This document shows positions 8,506 to 19,246 of a DNA stretch of 34,539 nucleotides, one piece after another. The stretch comes from a virus (Duplodnaviria > Caudoviricetes): the IMG/VR virus record IMGVR_UViG_3300017774_008538, positions 1 to 34,539 of that record. The stretch is one strand, 5' to 3'. Made by a program: the position numbers and the translations under genes. The notes below the pieces were generated by a model, which searched no databases, was not told the origin of the DNA, and worked only from the letters and a program-made list of their open reading frames with translations. Every line of letters starts with the position of its first letter. Position 1 is the stretch's first letter.

Positions 8506-10283
8506 TGCAAAATATAAACTTCAAAAAAATTTATATAAAGAATTTTCTTTCTATTGGAGAAACTCCAGTGATTGTAGATTTTAATCAAGGATTGTGTCTT
8601 ATTACTGGAGAAAACTTAGACAAACCCGAAAGATCTAATGGTGTGGGCAAGAGTACAATAGCAGATTCTATTCATTTTTCATTATTTGGAGAGACAATTC
8701 GAGAAATAAAGAAGGATCTTATTCCAAATTATTATACGAATGGTAAAACTCTGGTACAAATCACATTTGATATAGGATCAGATAGTTATGAGGTTGTGCG
8801 TACTGTAAATCCGACCACAGCAAAATTGATTAAAAATAATGTAGACGAAACCAAAGACACTATGGCTAATACAGCAAAAACCATAGAAGATTTGATTCGA
8901 TGCAATAGTAAAATATTCAACAATTGCATATCACTAGGAATCAATTCTAGCAATTGTTTTATGAATATGAAAAAGTCTGAGAAAAGAGAGTATATCGAGT
9001 CTATTTTAGATTTGGATATCTTTTCAGAAATGACAGACATTTGTAAAATGGAATTATCAGAAGAAAAGAAACTTCGAGAAGGTTTGAATGCCAAGAAAGA
9101 AACATACGAATCCATTTTAGAAGATTACAAGCAACAAAAGCAGGAATTTGATAACAAAAAACAACGTAACATAGATGAATTAGAATCAAAAATAACAAAT
9201 TTACGACAAAAGATAAGTGTGCTTGCTAAAGAAATTGAAAATATTATACCAAACTTTATTATAAGTTTTAGTTCGAATCTAGAACAAGCAAAAAATGCTT
9301 TAAAAATAATAAATCAAAAAATTACAGATTTGGACAAAATGATATCTTCTAAAGAATCAGAGATTCGATCCATTAAACAAATTTTAAATGAAATTGGAGA
9401 AAATGTTGATACCTGTCCCTCTTGTTTGAGACAGATAGATGATTCTTGTAAAGATCATGTGGAAAAACGTAAAAATGATATGCTAAAGCAGATAACGGAT
9501 ATTGATACGCTCATACAACTGGAAATTGGTAGGAAAGATAGAATTGTTTTACGAAAGATTGAAGCAGAAAAGATTATTGAAAATTTGCAACAAAAAATAA
9601 GAGAAAGAGAACAGCAAGAATCTCGCAAAGAACAAAACACAAAGCTTATAGAACAAATAGAATCCAATATACAGGGAATTTGCGAACAGATAGAAAAGGA
9701 AAAGGCTCGAACGGAGAATTTTGACAAAATTATTGAAGAAACAGAAAAGAAACAAAAGGATTTGATGGAAAAAATATCTGAAGCAGACACACATCTTTAT
9801 GTTTTAAACAATTCCAAGTTTATTTTAAGTGATGAGGGACTGAAGAGTGTGTTTATTTCTAAAATAATACATGTGTTGAATAGTAAAATAAACGAATATC
9901 TTAACAAATTGGATTCCAACTCTCGGATAACGTTTGATAGTTATTTTGAAGATAGTTTGACCGATTCGGTGGGGAAGATTGCTAGTTATGCCAATCTTTC
10001 AGGAGCAGAAAAGAAAGCAGTTGATTTGGCCTGCATGTTTTCTTTTATGGAAATGAGGGAGCTGCAAAACTTTCCCTGTTTTAATTTTGTACTATTTGAT
10101 GAAATTTTTGATAGTAGTTTTGACAAAAAGAGTGTGCAATTGATTACAGATATTTGTGAAGAAATATCCCTAAAAAAAGGTGTTTTTATCATAAGTCATC
10201 GAAAAGATGCAATATATTCTAATAATTACAAAACCATAAGTTTACAGAAGAAGAATGGCATAACCACTCGGCTTGAAAATTAA
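8505..10283 (+). CDS. gp46: recombination ATPase subunit (Rad50/SbcC-like) gp46
   Basis: Walker A NGVGKST, coiled coils, CPSC zinc hook, LSGAE signature, LFDE Walker B, ISH; ATG 8505 overlaps the gp47 TGA. Confidence 0.93.
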   Translation: MQNINFKKIYIKNFLSIGETPVIVDFNQGLCLITGENLDKPERSNGVGKSTIADSIHFSLFGETIREIKKDLIPNYYTNGKTLVQITFDIGSDSYEVVRTVNPTTAKLIKNNVDETKDTMANTAKTIEDLIRCNSKIFNNCISLGINSSNCFMNMKKSEKREYIESILDLDIFSEMTDICKMELSEEKKLREGLNAKKETYESILEDYKQQKQEFDNKKQRNIDELESKITNLRQKISVLAKEIENIIPNFIISFSSNLEQAKNALKIINQKITDLDKMISSKESEIRSIKQILNEIGENVDTCPSCLRQIDDSCKDHVEKRKNDMLKQITDIDTLIQLEIGRKDRIVLRKIEAEKIIENLQQKIREREQQESRKEQNTKLIEQIESNIQGICEQIEKEKARTENFDKIIEETEKKQKDLMEKISEADTHLYVLNNSKFILSDEGLKSVFISKIIHVLNSKINEYLNKLDSNSRITFDSYFEDSLTDSVGKIASYANLSGAEKKAVDLACMFSFMEMRELQNFPCFNFVLFDEIFDSSFDKKSVQLITDICEEISLKKGVFIISHRKDAIYSNNYKTISLQKKNGITTRLEN

Positions 10284-10299
10284 AAACATATACTAATTA
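10273..10299 (+). promoter_or_regulatory. promoter-like TTGAAA-N15-TAATTA
   Basis: 5 nt before ATG 10305; same geometry as the other short-spacer promoters. Confidence 0.45.
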
Positions 10300-10304
10300 A
10301 CAAC

Positions 10305-11525
10305 ATGTTTACCACTGGCAATCCATACGAATCAAACCCTCTTCTTGAAGCAGCTAGTCAGTACACCAATAAAGCAGTACCCAGACAGCTTGCAGCAACC
10401 CCAGCTCAACCAGAAAACATGCCTGATCGAGGCATCAATTACCTAGCCGATTATAGTGGATGCGGTCACTGGCGGTTGATTTGGCCAGAGATGATACTGA
10501 ATGCCCACAACAAATTAACCATGCATAGTACAACTGTAATGTGTTTGGATCCTCGTTATTATGTGCATTGCAAAGCTGTTCGCATACAGCGTCAAGCAAC
10601 TGAACATCAACTGAAATTTACAAAATTTTTAAAAGATTTGGGCAAACAAGTAGGATTTCGTTTGATTTATGAAATTGATGATCTTGTGTTTCACGAAGAT
10701 ATTCCCGATTATAACAAGTTCAAGACTGCTTTTATTGATCCTAATATCCGGATACAAGCTCAAGCAATTATGAATGAGTGTGATGAAATCACTGTAACTT
10801 GTGATTTTATGAAGAAATATTATGCGGAAAAAACAGGCCATAAGAATATTACTATTATTCCCAACTATCCTCCGAAGTTTTGGATGGGAAATCATTACAA
10901 CCTCAAGCGCATCAGTGAAAATTATGATGCTTCAGAAAAAAAACCTCGAATATTATATGCGGGAAGTGGAGCACACTTTGATGTGGAAAATCGTGTAGGT
11001 CAAAATGATGATTTTGCACATGTTATTCAAGCAATCATAAACACCAAAGACAAATATAAGTGGGTATTTTTCGGAGCATTTCCCCTCATGCTTCGCCCTC
11101 TTGTTGAAAACGGAACATTCGAATACCATCCGTGGGCTGAGTTGTATAATTATCCAGGAAAGATTGAACAATTGCGAGTTAATATGATGGTTGCACCTCT
11201 TCAAAACAATACTTTCAACAAAAGTAAAAGTGATTTGAAGTATGTTGAAGCATGTTCATATGGTCTTCCAATTGCTTGTCAAAATCTTTGCACCTATGAA
11301 GAAGCACCTTTTAAATTTGATACAGGCGACGAAATGATTAAAACAATTGAGAGTGTTGTTGGTAAAAAAAGCAAATATATGGGTCATTGCGAGAGAGCAA
11401 GAAAGTTTGCCGATACCAGATGGTTGGAAAATGAAGATAATATAAATAAATACGTCGAATTGTACAAATATCCGTATGGGGATTCTCGAAGGGTATTGCT
11501 AAACAAATACAATGGGATAAGCTAG
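10305..11525 (+). CDS. glycosyltransferase (GT-B fold, GT4-like)
   Basis: SGCGHWRLIWP, IYEIDD, D.ITVT, IPN, ILYAGS..H, APL..N.FN..KS.LKYVE....GLP. Confidence 0.82.
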   Translation: MFTTGNPYESNPLLEAASQYTNKAVPRQLAATPAQPENMPDRGINYLADYSGCGHWRLIWPEMILNAHNKLTMHSTTVMCLDPRYYVHCKAVRIQRQATEHQLKFTKFLKDLGKQVGFRLIYEIDDLVFHEDIPDYNKFKTAFIDPNIRIQAQAIMNECDEITVTCDFMKKYYAEKTGHKNITIIPNYPPKFWMGNHYNLKRISENYDASEKKPRILYAGSGAHFDVENRVGQNDDFAHVIQAIINTKDKYKWVFFGAFPLMLRPLVENGTFEYHPWAELYNYPGKIEQLRVNMMVAPLQNNTFNKSKSDLKYVEACSYGLPIACQNLCTYEEAPFKFDTGDEMIKTIESVVGKKSKYMGHCERARKFADTRWLENEDNINKYVELYKYPYGDSRRVLLNKYNGIS

Positions 11526-11530
11526 GGGGC

Positions 11531-14146
11531 GTGTACAGAAACGCATCCTACGATAGTCGAAACAAGTGTATTCGTTTGGCCACTTGGTCGGAAACAGGAG
11601 AACGAATAACCGTAGATCGTACCTATCAACCCTATCTGTATGTGGAAACAGCAGGTGCTTCGAGTGAAACATCTTTATATAATACAAAATTAAAGAAAAA
11701 AATGTTTTCTTCCTCTTGGGAACGAAAACAATATGCGGAAAATAAAGAAAACACTAGAATTTATCACAATTTTGCAACCACTCAGCAGTTTTTGATTGAT
11801 GAATTTGCAAGTGAACTAGACAATCCTGATTTTGCAAAGAATCCTCTTAAAATATTTTATCTAGATATCGAAACTTATAGTCCAGATGTGTTTCCAGAAC
11901 CAAGTGAAGCCAAAGCACCTATTAACGTAATAACTGTTTACGATAATATATCAAAAACATTCTATAGTTTCGGATTGTATCCCTACGATTCTCACGATAA
12001 TATAATATATAAACATTGTGTAAACGAGATTGTTCTTTTACAAGAGTTTTTGGAATTCTTACAAAAGGATTATCCTGATATTGTAACTAGTTGGAACGGG
12101 GAGATTTTTGATATTCCCTATTTGGTACATCGTATCACCAATGTTTTGGGAGCAGAAGAGTCGAAGAAATTAAGTCCGTATGGAAATGTACACTCCAAAG
12201 AAATTTTCACAAAATTTGGTAAGAAGGCAGAAAAATTCTATGTGGATGGGGTTGCTAACCTTGATTACATGAATGTTTACAAGAAATTTTGTACAGTTCA
12301 ACGAGAAAGTTACGGATTGGGAGCAATTGCCTCTTTGGAATTGGGGGAAACAAAAGTAGAATATGAAGAAAGTAATTTGTCATCTCTTGCAGATAAAAAT
12401 TGGAAACAATTTGTAGATTACAACATTCAAGACGTTAATCTTCTTGTAAAATTGGAGGAGAAATTTAATTATTTGGATATATTACGTTCTCTTTCTCATG
12501 TGGGACTTACTAATTTGGAAACAGCCATGAGCACAATCAGTATTGTTGCGGGGGCTGTAGCAATTCAAGCCAAGAAAATTAACAAGGTCATTCCCACATT
12601 TCCTCATAAAATAGACGATGGTCTAGTGATTGAAGGAGCATATGTGGGAGATCCACAGAGGGGATTTCATGATTCTGTGGTAAGTTTTGATGCAAATTCC
12701 CTATATCCCAATTTGATTCGTACTTGTAACATGAGTCCTGAAACTAAAATAGGAACGGTTGTTAAAGATGCAGATGGAAACTTGATTTTACGCCATATAT
12801 TAGGCAAAACATTTCCTCTTTCTGAAGATAAGCTGAAAAAATACATCCAATCACAAAATTTAGTAATGACCAAGATGGTTGTTGATAAAAATTCATTAAA
12901 AATAGAAGAAATAGGAACCATTTTCCATCAAAAGCAAATAGGATTGGTTCCACAAATCATACAAGACAATTATAAAAAGCGGGTTGATATAAAAAAGGAA
13001 TTGAAAAAAATTAAACGAGAACTTATTCATTTAGAAAAATATTCTCCTGAATGGTGGCAAAAGAAAAAGCGTGAATCGATATTAAACAATCAGCAGTATG
13101 CACTCAAAATTTTAATGAATAGCATATATGGTGCTTTTGCAAACAATTATTTTGTTTTGAGTGATAGAGATATTGCTAGAAGCATCACAATTACAGGACA
13201 ACACGTCATCAAGCATGCCAATGAAATTATTGAAGATTTTTTTATCAATAAAGGAATAACCAAAGAAGCAATTAGCGAAAAACCTCCCACCATATACAAT
13301 GATACGGATAGTGTTTACATCTCGATTGAAAAATTACTCAATAAAGAGGACATTTCTCTCTTAAAAAAAGATAATAAACTGAATCCTGTTGCAGAAAAAT
13401 TAATTGATGAGCTGGAAACCTGGATAAACGAAAGAATAGGAGTATGGGTAAAATCCGAATTGCATAGCAACATATGCACTTTGGAATTTAAACGCGAATC
13501 CATATGTGATGTGGGTATCTTTATACAAAAAAAGCGTAATGTTTTGCACGTTATCGATGAAGAGGGTGTTCCTTGTAATAAAACAAAATATACAGGAATT
13601 GAGGTGGTTCGTAGCACAATGACAAAACAGGTGAAAGATTTTAACAAGAAAATCATCGAAACAATGATGAAAACAAGAGATTTTTCCAAAACCAACGATA
13701 TTATAACAGATATATCCGAAGAATTTAAAACTAAAACAGAAACAGATTTATCATTTGTGGTGGGTATTAAAAATTACGAAAAATATGCCGACAAGTGTTC
13801 AGGATTATCAACAGCAAATAAAATGCCTATTCATGTGAAAGCTGCTTACTATTACAACTACTTTCTAAAAGAATTTTCCCTAGAAAATAGGTATGAGAAA
13901 ATAACTAGTGGAGATAAAATAAGATATTATTACGTGCAACAACCAAACAGATATGCAATTTCTGTAATGGCTTTTAAAAATCGTCTTCCTATTGAAGTAC
14001 AGGATGCATTTCCTATGGATAAAGAAAAACAATTTGAAAAACTTGTATTTGAAACGATGAGAAAGATTTTCGATCCAGTAGGATGGGAGATCAAACAACC
14101 CAACGAATCGAATCGTACCGATTTGGAATCACTTTTTGAGCGGTAA
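11531..14146 (+). CDS. gp43: family B DNA polymerase gp43
   Basis: Exonuclease motifs LDIET, WNGEIFDIPY, YNIQD; polymerase motifs SFDANSLYP, KILMNSIYG, YNDTDS; no intein visible. Confidence 0.95.
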   Translation: MYRNASYDSRNKCIRLATWSETGERITVDRTYQPYLYVETAGASSETSLYNTKLKKKMFSSSWERKQYAENKENTRIYHNFATTQQFLIDEFASELDNPDFAKNPLKIFYLDIETYSPDVFPEPSEAKAPINVITVYDNISKTFYSFGLYPYDSHDNIIYKHCVNEIVLLQEFLEFLQKDYPDIVTSWNGEIFDIPYLVHRITNVLGAEESKKLSPYGNVHSKEIFTKFGKKAEKFYVDGVANLDYMNVYKKFCTVQRESYGLGAIASLELGETKVEYEESNLSSLADKNWKQFVDYNIQDVNLLVKLEEKFNYLDILRSLSHVGLTNLETAMSTISIVAGAVAIQAKKINKVIPTFPHKIDDGLVIEGAYVGDPQRGFHDSVVSFDANSLYPNLIRTCNMSPETKIGTVVKDADGNLILRHILGKTFPLSEDKLKKYIQSQNLVMTKMVVDKNSLKIEEIGTIFHQKQIGLVPQIIQDNYKKRVDIKKELKKIKRELIHLEKYSPEWWQKKKRESILNNQQYALKILMNSIYGAFANNYFVLSDRDIARSITITGQHVIKHANEIIEDFFINKGITKEAISEKPPTIYNDTDSVYISIEKLLNKEDISLLKKDNKLNPVAEKLIDELETWINERIGVWVKSELHSNICTLEFKRESICDVGIFIQKKRNVLHVIDEEGVPCNKTKYTGIEVVRSTMTKQVKDFNKKIIETMMKTRDFSKTNDIITDISEEFKTKTETDLSFVVGIKNYEKYADKCSGLSTANKMPIHVKAAYYYNYFLKEFSLENRYEKITSGDKIRYYYVQQPNRYAISVMAFKNRLPIEVQDAFPMDKEKQFEKLVFETMRKIFDPVGWEIKQPNESNRTDLESLFER

Positions 14147-14938
14147 TTTTTTTGTCTTGGGTGATGCTTTTGAGGAAGCTAGTCTTGATGGAATCAAGTC
14201 ACTGGGTTTTCTTACAGAACGTCCGAATTTTCTTTTAATAGCCTTTATCCAATTTGAATTGTTGTTCTTGAGACGGGTAATTTCAGCTTTGAGCTTGGAA
14301 ATGTCATCTTCGGGAGTTTCTGAAGAAGTTTCTGTTTCTGGCTCTGGTTCTGTTTCAGGAGCTAGAGCAGAGCTAGGTTTTGCATAACCCTTATTGATTG
14401 TTTCCAAATTCTTCTTGTAATCATCCAAACTTACAGAGGGGGTTTTTTCAGAAGTTGTATCTGAAGTTTCTGTTGAACTTGGAGATTTTGGTATTAATTT
14501 TGTATCTTTTTCCTTTCCTAGCCGTTCCGAACCATATGCTCCATATATTAAAGTTTCTATTGCATTTTTTTCTAGATCTTTGAAATCAATTTTGTTGTGA
14601 TTCTTCTCGAAATAATCTAATGCTTTATCCACATTTTGATTCATCTCTTGTCCCCAATTTTCACTATCTAAAAATCTGCGGAATATCTCTGATGCTTTTG
14701 GTGTATCTGTCTCTACCTCACTTTTGTCGCTAAATCTGGGATACCAGTATCGCAACCATCTTCCCATATACGATTCGAGTCTTCTTTTATCCATTCTTTC
14801 AGTTTGTCCTTTTTTAAGATCAAATCCTCCCCGAAGAAAATCACCAACATTCTGGGCAATACCTTCATTAAGTTGTTTATTATCAATACGTTTTGCAAGA
14901 ACATATGCTTGGAAAATTTTATGCGAATCCATATTCAT
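14129..14938 (-). CDS. hypothetical late protein on the opposite strand within the replication cluster
   Basis: 269 aa; perfect TATAAATA 5 nt upstream; QLNE-G motif; Ser/Thr/Glu/Pro linkers; basic tail. Confidence 0.75.
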   Translation of the reverse strand: MNMDSHKIFQAYVLAKRIDNKQLNEGIAQNVGDFLRGGFDLKKGQTERMDKRRLESYMGRWLRYWYPRFSDKSEVETDTPKASEIFRRFLDSENWGQEMNQNVDKALDYFEKNHNKIDFKDLEKNAIETLIYGAYGSERLGKEKDTKLIPKSPSSTETSDTTSEKTPSVSLDDYKKNLETINKGYAKPSSALAPETEPEPETETSSETPEDDISKLKAEITRLKNNNSNWIKAIKRKFGRSVRKPSDLIPSRLASSKASPKTKKLPLKK

Positions 14939-14943
14939 AATAT

Positions 14944-14951
14944 TATTTATA
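14944..14951 (-). promoter_or_regulatory. T4 late promoter TATAAATA
   Basis: Perfect consensus, 5 nt before ATG 14938. Confidence 0.8.
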
Positions 14952-14988
14952 CCTATTGCATTTTATAAATGCCCTAATAAATGGATGT

Positions 14989-15339
14989 ATGAGTTCAATA
15001 CAACCCTTCATCGATCACGTCGGACGTACAATCATAGGCGAAGTTCTTGGCGAGGAGAACGGACACCTTAAAGTAAAAAACCCCGCCATTCTGATGGTTC
15101 AACCCAATCAGTCTTCTGGACAATTGAGCATCCAGACAATTCCCTTGTTTTTCAAGGAATTTGTCAGCCCATCTATTCGGGATACTGCGGGAACTTGGCT
15201 TTTCCCTAAAGACAAGATTGTAACCACCACAGACATCACGCTGGAAGATCGTATTGTTGAGCAATACAAGAGGATCTTTACACCAGCACCTACAGCGTCT
15301 TCTGCTAATCCGGATGTTGTAAAATTGTTTGACGACTGA
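14989..15339 (+). CDS. conserved-looking small beta-rich protein (Sm/SH3-like pattern)
   Basis: IIGEV...LKVKNPAIL...PLFF pattern; ATG 14989 follows TTGCAT-N16-TAAATG. Confidence 0.65.
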   Translation: MSSIQPFIDHVGRTIIGEVLGEENGHLKVKNPAILMVQPNQSSGQLSIQTIPLFFKEFVSPSIRDTAGTWLFPKDKIVTTTDITLEDRIVEQYKRIFTPAPTASSANPDVVKLFDD

Positions 15340-15341
15340 AC

Positions 15342-16406
15342 GTGAGCGATCTGGATAAAATCCTCGGATGTCTTAATGACATCAACCCTGAAGCTGCGTA
15401 TCTTTCCGACAATACATTGTCGAATGTGGATACGTGGTACGATACGGGTTGTTACGCTTTAAACGCAATTCTCAGCGGTAAAATCCGCGACGGAGGAGTT
15501 CCTCAAGGAAGAATTGTAGTTTTCACAGGCGAATCCCAAACAGGAAAAACACTTCTCATAAACAAAATTATGGGATTGGCACAAAAACAAGGTGTTTATC
15601 CTGTGATTTTTGATAGTGAAATGAGTGTGGATGCTGAAAGTGCCAAAGCAGTGGGTCTTGATGCTGAAAGAACCAAGTATTGTCCAGTTTATACTGTGGA
15701 CGAAGCCAAACTACAGATAAGCAAGTTTTTGGATAATGTTATTGAGAAGAAAGCACAGGGAAAGTTCATGATCAGTATAGATAGTTTGGGTAATTTGGCA
15801 GGAGGCAAGGAAGTTGCAGATCTGGAAAAAGATAAATCAGTTGCCGATATGGGATTACGAGCAAAGAGTTTGAAGAGCATGTTGAGAATACTGACTTATA
15901 AGGCAGCCAAAGCAGGAGTTACTATTCTTTGCAGTAATCACACCTATGCAGATCCCAGCGCAATGTATCCAAGTTTGGTAAAGAACCAGAGTGGAGGAAG
16001 TGGTCCACTTTACATGAGCAGTCTTATTGTGCAATTGGCTCGTCGCAATGAGAAGCAAGATGAGAAAAATGAGGAAGATACAATGATTCCCGAGGCCAAG
16101 CAATATTCAGGTGTCACACTTCGAGCAATGACCACCAAAAATCGTTTCCTCCCCCCTTTCCTAGAAGTTCCAATTTATTTAAATTATAGAACAGGATTGG
16201 ACAAATATAGCGGTCTTTTGGAAATGGCGGTAAATCACGGAGTTGTGATCCAAAATGGACCAACTTATGCAAAACCTGATGGAACCAAACTGGGTTATGG
16301 AAAAAGTTTTAAAAATGATATTTCTTTTTGGGAAGAGTATGTTATACCTAATCTTCAGGAAAAAATAAATGTCGCTTACAAATATGCCTCTATCGAAACC
16401 AAATGA
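15342..16406 (+). CDS. uvsX: RecA-like recombinase UvsX
   Basis: TGCYALNAILSG, GESQTGKT, FDSE, IDSLGNL, SGGSG, KNRF. Confidence 0.92.
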   Translation: MSDLDKILGCLNDINPEAAYLSDNTLSNVDTWYDTGCYALNAILSGKIRDGGVPQGRIVVFTGESQTGKTLLINKIMGLAQKQGVYPVIFDSEMSVDAESAKAVGLDAERTKYCPVYTVDEAKLQISKFLDNVIEKKAQGKFMISIDSLGNLAGGKEVADLEKDKSVADMGLRAKSLKSMLRILTYKAAKAGVTILCSNHTYADPSAMYPSLVKNQSGGSGPLYMSSLIVQLARRNEKQDEKNEEDTMIPEAKQYSGVTLRAMTTKNRFLPPFLEVPIYLNYRTGLDKYSGLLEMAVNHGVVIQNGPTYAKPDGTKLGYGKSFKNDISFWEEYVIPNLQEKINVAYKYASIETK

Positions 16407-17070
16407 AAAGATCATTTTCATCAGCGCAACTCGCGGTGACAAGTCTTCCACTTCGTTTTTAAAAAGCATCTCCAAGATTCCTGGGATAGATTTTGAAATT
16501 ATAGAAAACAATACAGAAAAGCTTTCTGTCGTTTACAATCGAGCCATTTTGAAACATATGGACGATTATGATATAATATGTTTTGTCCATGATGATGTGT
16601 ATGTGGACGATTTGCGAGTTGCTCGTAAACTGCAAAAAGCCACATCAGAAGGTGGGTTTGATGTGGTTGGTCTTGCCGGGGGTATTGATCCGCAAATAAA
16701 AACACCTGCTTTGTGGCACCTGATGTGTGTTCGAGACAATTTGAGAGGTGCTGTGGCACATCCCTATAATTCTGGTCTATTTGTAACCAGTTTCGGAATG
16801 ACTCCCTGCAAGGTGGATTTGATTGATAGTCTTTTTATGGCATTCCGTACAAAGCTATTCAAAACCAATAACCATTTTAGATTTGATGAAGCTAATCCGT
16901 GTCACACGCATTTTACAGATTTGGACATCAGCTTACAGGCAAGAAAATACGATTATCAGGTGGGAGTGTGGCCTATTTGGGTATTGCATTCTAGTCCAGG
17001 ACTCAAGAGTTATAATGATACAATCTGGCAAACTGGTCAAACATGGTTTTTAGACAAATGGTCAAAGTAA
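16384..17070 (+). CDS. glycosyltransferase (GT-A fold, GT2-like)
   Basis: LSVVYNRA, CFVHDDV (DxD-like), VVGLAG, IDSLFMA, FDE, HF.DLD.SL, V.H.S.G. Confidence 0.8.
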   Translation: MPLSKPNEKIIFISATRGDKSSTSFLKSISKIPGIDFEIIENNTEKLSVVYNRAILKHMDDYDIICFVHDDVYVDDLRVARKLQKATSEGGFDVVGLAGGIDPQIKTPALWHLMCVRDNLRGAVAHPYNSGLFVTSFGMTPCKVDLIDSLFMAFRTKLFKTNNHFRFDEANPCHTHFTDLDISLQARKYDYQVGVWPIWVLHSSPGLKSYNDTIWQTGQTWFLDKWSK

Positions 17071-18389
17071 AACAATTAGATTTTGACACGTTCGAAACTC
17101 TTATCATATATAAGAGTTTGATTGATTCCATATACATGGGAACAGTTATAGATCATTTAAAACCAGAATATTTTAACGATAGTGATATCAAAGAAATAGT
17201 TTCTATCATCACCTCTTTTTATCACAAACATAATTGTGCACCAACTCCCACAGAAATTAAAAACTATCTAACCACAGATCAGTTGAGGCAATCATTTACC
17301 AAGATTGTCAACAATTTCAAAACAATAGACAAGAATTTAAACAAAAAAGAATTGTATGATAATACCGAATCATTTTTCAAAAATAAAGGAACACAAAAAA
17401 CTTTAATGGAATATATCGAGAATCACGACAAGGGCAAATTGGATCTGACGGATATTTTAGAAAAATTTACAAAAGCTTGCAACATCAGTTTGACACACGA
17501 AATGGGATTGAACTATTTTAAAGATTTTGAAAAGATTATTACAGAAATTAACCGAAATGAAACTTACATTTCTAGTGGATACAAATGGATTGATGACAAA
17601 CTTGGGGGAGGTTTTATTGAAGAAGGCAAAGCTCTTTATATTTTTTGCGGTCAAACCAATGTGGGCAAAAGTATTGTGTTGGGAAATATTGCCACCAATA
17701 TATGCTCTCAAGGTAAAACAGTATTACTGATCAGTTTGGAAATGAGTGAAGCGGTATATGCCAAACGCATTTGTGGTAATATTACAAATATTCCTCTTTT
17801 TTCACTTCGACAAAAGGTTGACGATCTTCGAGATGAGATTGTAAAATATACAACAAAAAATCCCCGATCTCAGTTGATTATCAAAGATTTTCCTCCAGGA
17901 ACAATTAGTGTGGGCAATCTTTCAGCCTATATTAAAAAATTAGAGCAGAGTGGCATCAAGCCCGATGTGATTATGCTTGATTATATCAATCTTCTAACAG
18001 GTTCGGTTGGTACCAACAGCTATGAAAAGGTGAAACATTTGACAGAGCAACTTCGAGCACTGAGTTACGAATTTGCAGTGCCAGTAATAACTGCCACACA
18101 ATTGAATCGAAGTGCGGTAAATCAAAGCAACCCACAATTGGAAACTATTGGAGAAAGCTATGGTCTTGCCATGACTGCAGATTGCATGTTTAATATATGG
18201 AGAACACCTGAAGATTATGATATGAACCGAATCAAAATAGGAATAACCAAAAGTCGCCAAGGTGCCAATTTCGGGCATGCCACATTTGCTTTGGACAATT
18301 CCACCTTGAGAATTCGAGAAGAATCTCGAACAGAAGGAGATGATATAGTTTCTCAAACAGAAACTGCTCTCAGCAATGTGTTAGATTAG
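17058..18389 (+). CDS. gp41: replicative DnaB-like helicase gp41
   Basis: GQTNVGKS, SLEMSE, LIIKDFP, LDYINL, TATQLNR, ESYGL..TAD, KSR.G. Confidence 0.93.
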   Translation: MVKVKQLDFDTFETLIIYKSLIDSIYMGTVIDHLKPEYFNDSDIKEIVSIITSFYHKHNCAPTPTEIKNYLTTDQLRQSFTKIVNNFKTIDKNLNKKELYDNTESFFKNKGTQKTLMEYIENHDKGKLDLTDILEKFTKACNISLTHEMGLNYFKDFEKIITEINRNETYISSGYKWIDDKLGGGFIEEGKALYIFCGQTNVGKSIVLGNIATNICSQGKTVLLISLEMSEAVYAKRICGNITNIPLFSLRQKVDDLRDEIVKYTTKNPRSQLIIKDFPPGTISVGNLSAYIKKLEQSGIKPDVIMLDYINLLTGSVGTNSYEKVKHLTEQLRALSYEFAVPVITATQLNRSAVNQSNPQLETIGESYGLAMTADCMFNIWRTPEDYDMNRIKIGITKSRQGANFGHATFALDNSTLRIREESRTEGDDIVSQTETALSNVLD

Positions 18390-18390
18390 A

Positions 18391-19245
18391 ATGAAAAAGA
18401 TTCAGATCATATGCGATTTTGATTTGGATGGAGCAGGTTGTTGTCTGTTAACCAAATGGTCTGCACCAGACAATGAGTATCTGATAGTTGGAACAGATGA
18501 AAAGCAACTGGAGGAACATATTAAAAATGCAGATCCATCAATTCCTCTTTTTGTATATGATTTGGCAATCGAACAAAAACACATAAATTTGGCAGATCGA
18601 TCCAATGTGGTTTTTATGCATCACCATGATGCTTCGCTTCCCCTACAAAGCAAACAATGTAAAATTGTACAAATTCAATCAACCTCTTGCACCAAACTAT
18701 TACAAACATTCTTCAAAAATAAAAAACTAGAAGAAAATCAACAAAAACTTTTGGATATTATCGATGATTATGATTCGTACACTCTCAAGCATAAAAAATC
18801 AGTATTGCTCAACATGCTGTTCTGGTCTTTTAACGGCAACAAGCTGGACAAGTTCATACAAGCATTTGAAGGAGGAGATCGAGTTTTTACTGAATTTGAA
18901 AAGAATATGCTCCGCATTTATGTGAAAAAGATGCAAGAAACCATACAAACAAGCGAACCGCATCGTTTTAATTTGGAAAAATATAATATAATAATATTTT
19001 ATGCAAATTTTGCAATAAATGAGTTGTGTGCGGATTTTGCAAACAAATACGATGCTGATGGAGCTGTTTGTATTGATCCTGTGTCTCTAAAGGTATGGGT
19101 AAGAATCAACCGAAACAAAGCTACCCTGTTTGATTCGGGAGCTTTTGCCAGAAATTACCTACAAGGATGCGGCTATAAAAACATAGCAAGTGGTCAGGTT
19201 ACACCTGAGTTTGTTGATTTATCGCAATCGTTCACTAAGCTTTGA
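18391..19245 (+). CDS. DHH-family phosphoesterase (degenerate motifs)
   Basis: DFDLDGAG, YDL, HHHD in place of DHH, SCTKL, IDDYD; C-terminal GCGYKNIASG resembles DHHA1 GGGH..AAG. Confidence 0.7.
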   Translation: MKKIQIICDFDLDGAGCCLLTKWSAPDNEYLIVGTDEKQLEEHIKNADPSIPLFVYDLAIEQKHINLADRSNVVFMHHHDASLPLQSKQCKIVQIQSTSCTKLLQTFFKNKKLEENQQKLLDIIDDYDSYTLKHKKSVLLNMLFWSFNGNKLDKFIQAFEGGDRVFTEFEKNMLRIYVKKMQETIQTSEPHRFNLEKYNIIIFYANFAINELCADFANKYDADGAVCIDPVSLKVWVRINRNKATLFDSGAFARNYLQGCGYKNIASGQVTPEFVDLSQSFTKL

Positions 19246-19246
19246 T

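Noticed and set aside
11531-18389. Inteins or introns in gp43, uvsX or gp41
   Set aside because: Lengths are normal and motifs contiguous; no intein termini or LAGLIDADG blocks seen
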